The notes beneath the pieces are model-generated. The model was not told the origin of the DNA. It saw nothing but the letters and a program-made list of their open reading frames with translations, and did no database searches. From Sphingobacteriia bacterium (GTDB lineage: Bacteria > Bacteroidota > Bacteroidia > Bacteroidales > UBA7960), in contig JBEPXC010000003.1 of NCBI GenBank assembly GCA_041642035.1, positions 1-54,422 on the forward strand: a DNA stretch of 54,422 bases. Direction: 5' to 3'. This document shows, in pieces, positions 48,679 through 54,422 of the stretch. A program made the position numbers and the translations under genes. The stretch's first letter is position 1; each line of letters opens with the position of its first letter.

Positions 48679-48732
48679 GGTGTTTTGTTTAGATTACAAT
48701 AGGCGAAAATAATAAAAAAATCAACCCCATAC

Positions 48733-48830
48733 CATAAGCGTATCATAAGCCAATTATAAGCGTGCAAATACGCTTATGATACGCTTATGATACGCTTATG
48801 GTACGCTTATGATACGCTTATGCTACGGTT
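48733..48830. repeat. 11-bp repeat array: 3 inverted units (CATAAGCGTAT-like, 48733-48765) facing 5 direct units ATACGCTTATG (48768-48822) plus a partial unit
   Basis: Read directly; the fourth direct unit is GTACGCTTATG. Confidence 0.95.
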
Positions 48831-48872
48831 TAAGTATGATAATTTTATTATATTCTTTTAAACCTAACCGAT

Positions 48873-49045
48873 GGACATGGAATCGGCTGGAATGAGAGCA
48901 ATGCTTTAAGAGCTGGAAACTCGAAGCTGGAAGCTGGAAGGAAGAGTGTAGAAGACTTTCCATCGTCCGGAGGACATGGAAACGTCTGGAATGAGAGCAA
49001 TGATAAAAGAGCTGGAAGCTGGAAGCTGGAAGCTGGAAGGAAGAG
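48873..49045. repeat. Two 74-bp direct repeats (48873-48946, 48972-49045; period 99) each containing GCTGGAA heptamers
   Basis: GGACATGGAA..CTGGAATGAGAGCAATG....AAGAGCTGGAA(GCTGGAA)nGGAAGAG occurs twice with a 25-bp spacer. Confidence 0.92.
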
Positions 49046-49094
49046 ACCAGGCCGCATGTTCTTATTTTACGGATACGGAAAGGTTAAGCCCGTA

Positions 49095-50174
49095 TTAATT
49101 ATCTCTTTTTGACTTTAGATGCGAGAAATTAATACCATCGGGTTCATTACCTGCCTGCAAATGGCCCGTTATTTTCATTTCTTTCAGATCGATAATACTT
49201 ACCACATCAGAGCGCGTGTTGGCTATGTAAGCATAATCATTATCGGGTACCACTACCCCAATGGGAATTGAGGTCCCCTCAAATTCAGCGAAATATCTTT
49301 CCGAATCGATATCTTCGGGCACGGGTGGGGTAAGCTTGATGTCGGCCAGCAAAGAGCGGTTTTGGGTATCGAACACCGAAATGGAGCCCGAACGGGCATT
49401 ACTAACCAGAAATTTGGAGCCATCAGGGGTAAATTTCGCACGTATGGGAAAATCAGCACACGGCAGTTGCTGCAATACTGCAAGGGTTTCTGTATCTATA
49501 ATGGTTAGCGTATTTTCATCTCTGTTGGTAACCCATAGCTCTGTTCCATCGGGGCTAACATCCATGCCTTCGGCTCCTTTTCCACTATAAACATGTTGAA
49601 TAAGTTGATTGCTTTCCAGGTCAAAAACGGCCACATTCCCCGTTCGTATGCTGGATACAAAAGCCTTTGAATAGCCTGGTACTGCAGCTACCATGTGCGA
49701 AACTTCTTCTTCGGCAGGTAGCGTTTTAATGATTTCTCCCGATTTTACATCGATCATCAGCAGGCTCTTAGAACCTTCGGTGGTGACCAGCAGATTATTG
49801 GTGCCAGCCACCCATTGCATGCCATGAGGGCGGGTATGCTCACCTAAACTGATGGTTTTATGAAAAGCTCCTTTCTCTACATCATATACAGAAAGAGTGT
49901 TTCCGGGCTTGTCGCGGTCGCCGTAATTACATACTACAGCAATACGTCCGTCGTCTGATACCTCAACTTCATGTGGTTCCTCACCTGTGGGCAGGATCAC
50001 AACGGTTTCACCTGTTGCACGATCAATAAAATATACATCATTGCCACTTTTACTGGCTACTATGAGAGTGCCTTCAGCAGGTTCGTCGGTTGATGCATTT
50101 TCTGCTTTTTGCTTACAGGAAGAAATTACAAGCAATAAAAAAGCCGTTAACAATAAAAGAAGATTCGATTTCAT
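49095..50174 (-). CDS. YVTN/YncE-type beta-propeller lipoprotein
   Basis: Lipobox ISSC; repeats G.EPHEV.VS.DG, G.GAEG.DVSPDG.ELWVTNR, FPIR.KFTPDG, AG.EPDGI. Confidence 0.88.
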   Translation of the reverse strand: MKSNLLLLLTAFLLLVISSCKQKAENASTDEPAEGTLIVASKSGNDVYFIDRATGETVVILPTGEEPHEVEVSDDGRIAVVCNYGDRDKPGNTLSVYDVEKGAFHKTISLGEHTRPHGMQWVAGTNNLLVTTEGSKSLLMIDVKSGEIIKTLPAEEEVSHMVAAVPGYSKAFVSSIRTGNVAVFDLESNQLIQHVYSGKGAEGMDVSPDGTELWVTNRDENTLTIIDTETLAVLQQLPCADFPIRAKFTPDGSKFLVSNARSGSISVFDTQNRSLLADIKLTPPVPEDIDSERYFAEFEGTSIPIGVVVPDNDYAYIANTRSDVVSIIDLKEMKITGHLQAGNEPDGINFSHLKSKRDN

Positions 50175-50201
50175 GGCAGGTAGTTTAATCTATACTGTTG
50201 A

Positions 50202-50984
50202 CTATAATTCTTTAATTCTGATATGCTTAAACCAGACATCATCGCCGTGATCCTGCAGGCCAATGTAACCGGGTTCGTATTTTCCAAACCATGGGTATGG
50301 AGCAAACTTACTACCGGCCACTTTCTCTTCCCAATCGGGTGAGTCAATATGACACTCCATCACCAGGGCGCCATTTTGTTTATGAATAACAATACCCTCT
50401 TGTACGATAATCTCCACATTGTTCCACTCACCGGCCGGTCTTGTGTTCTGGGGATCGGCAGGCACCAGATCATACAAGCTGCCCGCCATTTGTAAAGGAG
50501 AAAAATCAGGGTAATCTTCCAGAAATTTCTCGTTGTCCAGCACCTGCATTTCAGGAGCAGATTTCCAGATGGGTTCACCCTCAATTTCTTGTGCAAGATA
50601 TAGAATGCCACTATTGCCACCTGCAGAAACCTTCCAGTCGAGTTTGAGGTGAAAGTCCTTGTACTTGCGGTCGTATATGATATCACCACCGGCCCCTCCG
50701 GATTCACCACCACCCGAACCTTCCACTCTGAGCATACCCTCCTCTATGGCCCAGCCTTGCTCAGGGAAATTGCTGCGGTTGTAGCCCCGCCAGCCATCAA
50801 AAGTTTTACCATCGAAGATCAACACAAAACCTTCTTCCATTTCTTCACTGCTCAGGGTGTTGATGGAGCTCTCCTCAAGTTCAGCAGCTGATTTTTCCTG
50901 TTTTGAGAATTGACCGCAGGAATTTATCAAGGATAAACCAAACAACAGATTCATCGTTATAACAAAAAGTCGGATTTTTTTCAT
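50202..50984 (-). CDS. DUF1080 / 3-keto-disaccharide hydrolase family lipoprotein
   Basis: Lipobox INSC; FDGKTFDGWRG, F.LKLDWK...GGNSGI, EMQVLD, AGSLYDL, GEWN, IGLQDHGD.VWF..I.IKEL. Confidence 0.9.
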   Translation of the reverse strand: MKKIRLFVITMNLLFGLSLINSCGQFSKQEKSAAELEESSINTLSSEEMEEGFVLIFDGKTFDGWRGYNRSNFPEQGWAIEEGMLRVEGSGGGESGGAGGDIIYDRKYKDFHLKLDWKVSAGGNSGILYLAQEIEGEPIWKSAPEMQVLDNEKFLEDYPDFSPLQMAGSLYDLVPADPQNTRPAGEWNNVEIIVQEGIVIHKQNGALVMECHIDSPDWEEKVAGSKFAPYPWFGKYEPGYIGLQDHGDDVWFKHIRIKEL

Positions 50985-51237
50985 AACTGTATTTTTTTAT
51001 GAATAGCAGCTCAAAGATAAAACAATCGGCCAATAAACAAATTTTCTTAACAGTATAAAATGAATCTTGTAATAAGTATTCTCCGGCCCTAAGAAATTGC
51101 TATATAGAGAATACCCTCTTAGACGTTGATAAAAAAACACGAACAAATTTCCTGACTATCCCCCTCTTGCCAATTTAAAACCATTTTAATTTAGTAAAAA
51201 TGAGCCCTGAAGGCATTCTCCTACCAAATATTATTCT

Positions 51238-51364
51238 TACCTTCGTAACCGATTAAACCTTAAAAGGCTGAATAATCAGGTTGTTATACCTTTTAAGGAA
51301 AAATAAATCTTTACAAAGGCCTTGATTATTAAGCAATAGAATACCGATTAGCTTTTATTTTTAA
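51238..51364 (+). promoter_or_regulatory. hemA promoter (-7 variant TACCTTCG) and structured ~115-nt leader
   Basis: Perfect 10-bp stem 51258-51267/51289-51298; its loop region (51267-51280) is complementary to 51321-51334. Confidence 0.5.
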
Positions 51365-52639
51365 ATGCAATACATGCTTGGAGTTACAGGAATAAGTTAT
51401 AAATCCGCCCCCCTGGAAATAAGGGAAAAGTATTCATTCACCGAAGAGGAATCATTGCAGTTTCTCAAGCAATTACAGATTGATCCTGATATCAAAGGAG
51501 TTGTAGTATTATCTACCTGTAATCGCATAGAAGTTTATTTCCACTATCAGATTTGTTGCATCGATAAAGCATATGATGCCGTACACCGCAATCTGGAATT
51601 TTTCAAAAAGTCCGATCATAAAGAAAGAAAATACTTTTATCATTACGAGGGGGAGAAGGCAGCCGAGCATCTTTTTCGGGTAATATCGGGTCTGGAATCG
51701 CTTGTTTTGGGTGAAGACCAGATTGTGACACAGGTAAAGAATTGTTTTAAGCTCAGCCTCGATAACAATCTCAGCAGCCCTGTGCTAACCCGTATGTTTA
51801 ATAAAGCTTTTGAAGCCGGTAAACGTGTACGCACCGAAACAGCCATCAATCAAGGCTCAGCATCTATCAGTTCGGCGGCGGTTGAATTGTTATGTCGCGA
51901 AATACCTGATATCCGTGAAAAGAAAATCATGCTTATCGGGACCGGCGTAATGGGTGAGTTAGCCACGGTAAACCTGGTGAAAAGAAACTGCAAACACTTA
52001 TATGTCACCAACCGTACCTTTGCCAAAGCCACCGAATTGGCACAAAAACACGATATAACAGCTTTTGAGATAGCAAAACTCCAGGAATACCTTCCACAAT
52101 GCGATGTAATCATGGTGGCTACCGGAGCACAAAACCATATCATTACCAAAGATATGGTTGAGCGTTTCCATAAAGAGATAAAACACGATCAGCTATACAT
52201 GGATCTTTCGGTACCCCGCAACATAGGCACCGATATACAGCAGTTGCCCCGGGTTAAACTATACGCCGTAGACGATTTGCAGGAAATTGTTAAAGACACC
52301 AAAAGCAAACGTAATGAATCAGTTGCTGAAGCCATGGAGATCATCCGGTTTGTAAAACAGGAATTTGTTGATTGGTTGTGTGTGTTGGATTTGACTCCTT
52401 CTATCCGCAAAATCCAAAAGAATATGGAAGCCATCAACCAGGCTGAACTGGAAGGGTTCATCCGTATCAATGGCATCAACGACAATGAAATGGTTACCCG
52501 CTATGCCGAACATATTTCCCGCAAGTACTCCCGTCTTTTTATACGTAATCTTAAGCAGGTTACCGATAATGGTAAGCAACGTGATTATGTATCCATTGTA
52601 AACAAATTATTCGATCTTAACGAAAATGGGGATTCCTGA
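51365..52639 (+). CDS. hemA: Glutamyl-tRNA reductase
   Basis: APLEIREK, LSTCNRIE, HLFRV.SGLES.VLGE.QI..QVK, KRVRTET.I, IGTG.MG, NRT, DLSVPRNI. Confidence 0.96.
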   Translation: MQYMLGVTGISYKSAPLEIREKYSFTEEESLQFLKQLQIDPDIKGVVVLSTCNRIEVYFHYQICCIDKAYDAVHRNLEFFKKSDHKERKYFYHYEGEKAAEHLFRVISGLESLVLGEDQIVTQVKNCFKLSLDNNLSSPVLTRMFNKAFEAGKRVRTETAINQGSASISSAAVELLCREIPDIREKKIMLIGTGVMGELATVNLVKRNCKHLYVTNRTFAKATELAQKHDITAFEIAKLQEYLPQCDVIMVATGAQNHIITKDMVERFHKEIKHDQLYMDLSVPRNIGTDIQQLPRVKLYAVDDLQEIVKDTKSKRNESVAEAMEIIRFVKQEFVDWLCVLDLTPSIRKIQKNMEAINQAELEGFIRINGINDNEMVTRYAEHISRKYSRLFIRNLKQVTDNGKQRDYVSIVNKLFDLNENGDS

Positions 52640-53567
52640 CAGTATAATCATAGGCACCAGAGGCAGCCAATTGGCTTTATACCAGGCCTACCGGGTAAAA
52701 GCAGAACTCGAAAAGCAGCATGAGGGTCTTAGAGTAGAAATAAAAATCATCAAAACCAAAGGCGACAAAATCCTTGATGTAGCCTTATCAAAAATTGGTG
52801 ACAAGGGACTCTTCACCAAGGAACTGGAGGTTGAACTGATCCAGGGAAATATAGATGTGGCCGTGCACAGTCTGAAAGATTTGCCTACCCGTTTTCCCGA
52901 AGGCCTGGCCCTGGGAGGAGTATTGGAAAGAGGTGAATACAGAGATGCCCTGGTACATGTTGAAGGCAAAAAATTCTCACAACTCGATCAATCGGATGTA
53001 ATAGCTACCTCTAGTTTGCGTCGCAGGGCTCAATTGCTAAGATACAACCCTGCTTTTAAAATAGTAGATATAAGGGGAAATGTAAATACCCGGCTCCAGA
53101 AGATGAACGATGGTCATTGCAGCGCCATGATAATGGCTGCAGCAGGCTTACAAAGGCTTGAACTGGGCCATCTGATCAGCGAAATCCTGGATCCTGAAGT
53201 TTTTATCCCTGCTGTAAGCCAGGGAGCCATTGCCATTGAAATACGTGAGAACGACGAATCCGTATTGCAGGTTCTTGAATCGGTAACCCATAAGCCTACC
53301 CTGCATGCCATTGAAGCTGAACGTACCTTTTTAAGATTGCTTGAAGGCGGATGTCAGGTACCCATTGGATGCTTCACCCAAATAAAGGAGGACTCCTTCC
53401 GTATTAAAGGCTTTGTGTCCAGTATTGATGCCACCCAACTTCTGGAGGATGAATTAACCGGAACGCCCGAACAAAGCATTGAACTTGCTACAAGGCTGGC
53501 CCATTCTTTCATCGAGCTTGGCTCAAGAGCCATACTGGAGGAAATAAGGAAAAACAATAAGATATAA
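52626..53567 (+). CDS. hemC: Hydroxymethylbilane synthase (porphobilinogen deaminase)
   Basis: IGTRGSQLAL.Q, KGLFTKELE, AVHSLKDLP, TSSLRR, IRGNVNTRL, LEGGCQVPIG. Confidence 0.97.
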   Translation: MGIPDSIIIGTRGSQLALYQAYRVKAELEKQHEGLRVEIKIIKTKGDKILDVALSKIGDKGLFTKELEVELIQGNIDVAVHSLKDLPTRFPEGLALGGVLERGEYRDALVHVEGKKFSQLDQSDVIATSSLRRRAQLLRYNPAFKIVDIRGNVNTRLQKMNDGHCSAMIMAAAGLQRLELGHLISEILDPEVFIPAVSQGAIAIEIRENDESVLQVLESVTHKPTLHAIEAERTFLRLLEGGCQVPIGCFTQIKEDSFRIKGFVSSIDATQLLEDELTGTPEQSIELATRLAHSFIELGSRAILEEIRKNNKI

Positions 53568-53569
53568 TA

Positions 53570-54325
53570 ATGAAGGGCAAGATTGTTGTCACCACCCAAC
53601 CCGCTGACCAGGCAGCTGAAATGTTGAGCTTGCTGGAAATGGCCGGTGCAAGGGCATATAATCTTCCCATGATAGAAACTCACACCATCTTCCTGCCCCG
53701 GGAAGAATTTTATTCTATCCTTCACCAGCCCTTTACTGATCTGTTGATTTTTACCAGTCGAAAGGGAGTTCGGGGTTTTTTTGAGAACCTGCAGAAAATC
53801 ACGGGCACTCCTTCTCTGAATAACCCGGTTAAGATTGCGGTAGTGGGTAAATCGACGGCTGCGGAAGTGGAGAACTATGGCTATAAGGCCACCTATATCA
53901 ATCCGGGCAGAGACGCTAAAGATTTTGCACAATATCTTCTGGCCGATGTTATCCAACCCAAACAAAGAATATTGTTAGCCCTTGGCAACAAGGCTCCTAA
54001 TCTGCTCGAAAAAACGTTGATGCCCGTTGCCGATGTGCAGCGCATCAATGTATACCAAACAATCCAGTGTCCTGTTCAACATCATGACATGGCCCGAATC
54101 ATTACAGAGAAGAGAGCAGACATGATCATTTTCACTTCTCCCTCGGGCTTTTATGCCTTTTTAAATACTTTTAAAGATATAAAAGGCTTACATTTGGCAG
54201 CCATTGGAACCACCACAGCAGCTGCCATAAAGGATAAAGGATATGAGTTGGCGGTTATGGCGCCCTATCCTTCTGCCAAAGAAATGGTTGCTGCTATTTA
54301 TGGTCATTTTAATAATAACCCTTAG
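53570..54325 (+). CDS. hemD: Uroporphyrinogen-III synthase
   Basis: VTTQP, LPMIE, IFTS..GV, AVVG..TA, VYQT, IFTSPS, AAIG.TTA; follows hemC by 2 bp. Confidence 0.9.
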   Translation: MKGKIVVTTQPADQAAEMLSLLEMAGARAYNLPMIETHTIFLPREEFYSILHQPFTDLLIFTSRKGVRGFFENLQKITGTPSLNNPVKIAVVGKSTAAEVENYGYKATYINPGRDAKDFAQYLLADVIQPKQRILLALGNKAPNLLEKTLMPVADVQRINVYQTIQCPVQHHDMARIITEKRADMIIFTSPSGFYAFLNTFKDIKGLHLAAIGTTTAAAIKDKGYELAVMAPYPSAKEMVAAIYGHFNNNP

Positions 54326-54363
54326 TATAAACACATATTATTCAATCCTAAACAAACCAAGAT

Positions 54364-54422
54364 ATGTATTTTCCATCTACACGATTAAGAAGGCTACGGG
54401 CCAATCCCACGATAAGGGCTAT
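54364..54422 (+). CDS. hemB: Porphobilinogen synthase, 5' fragment
   Basis: MYFPSTRLRRLRANPTIRA matches the HemB N-terminal R.RRLR motif; follows hemACD; truncated by window edge. Confidence 0.8.
   Translation, partial: MYFPSTRLRRLRANPTIRA

Noticed and set aside
48733-49045. Repeats as a CRISPR array
   Set aside because: The 11-mers have no spacers. The 74-bp unit occurs only twice, is too long and diverged, and no cas genes are in the window.
48848-49057. 69-aa ORF as a confident gene
   Set aside because: It is made entirely of the duplicated repeat, and differences between copies are mostly non-synonymous. Kept only as a possibility in the findings.
53354-53965. 203-aa antisense ORF over hemC/hemD, and similar shadow ORFs (3541-4182, 9203-9709, 15079-15570, 22623-23171, 39007-39483)
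   Set aside because: All lie opposite well-supported genes and show no recognisable motifs.
1-54422. tRNA, rRNA, transposase, integrase, prophage or defence genes
   Set aside because: None recognised. Every long ORF is otherwise explained, and intergenic gaps show no cloverleaf or rRNA signatures by eye; a tRNAscan/Infernal run would confirm.

Overview
Chromosomal segment of an apparently anaerobic Bacteroidota (Bacteroidales-like) bacterium. This is inferred from TAnnTTTG -7 promoter boxes, the absence of Shine-Dalgarno motifs, hpt-adk-obgE synteny, and DUF349, DUF1080 and DUF1573 genes. It carries about 45 CDS, mostly housekeeping or metabolic: ADP-forming acyl-CoA ligase, methionine gamma-lyase, dxs, feoAB, recQ, obgE, adk, hpt, tricorn protease and hemA-C-D-B. 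Regulatory modules are BlaI + M56-TonB + TPR with a twin operator, a Cys-tailed SigZ with a DUF318 permease, and three tandem hybrid histidine kinases next to an orphan ParA. I saw no rRNA, tRNA, CRISPR array, transposase or integrase. The most unusual signals are non-coding: (i) a fold-back heptamer array forming the probable 5' leader of sigZ; (ii) an 11-bp inverted/direct iteron-like array followed by a 74-bp duplicated heptamer-containing unit upstream of the tricorn gene; (iii) a pseudoknot/switch-capable leader ahead of the heme operon. Other points are a 1-nt homopolymer frameshift that detaches a signal peptide from a DUF1080 enzyme, and a His-less pseudo-HPt in the kinase cluster. All family calls are by eye from motifs; no database search was run.
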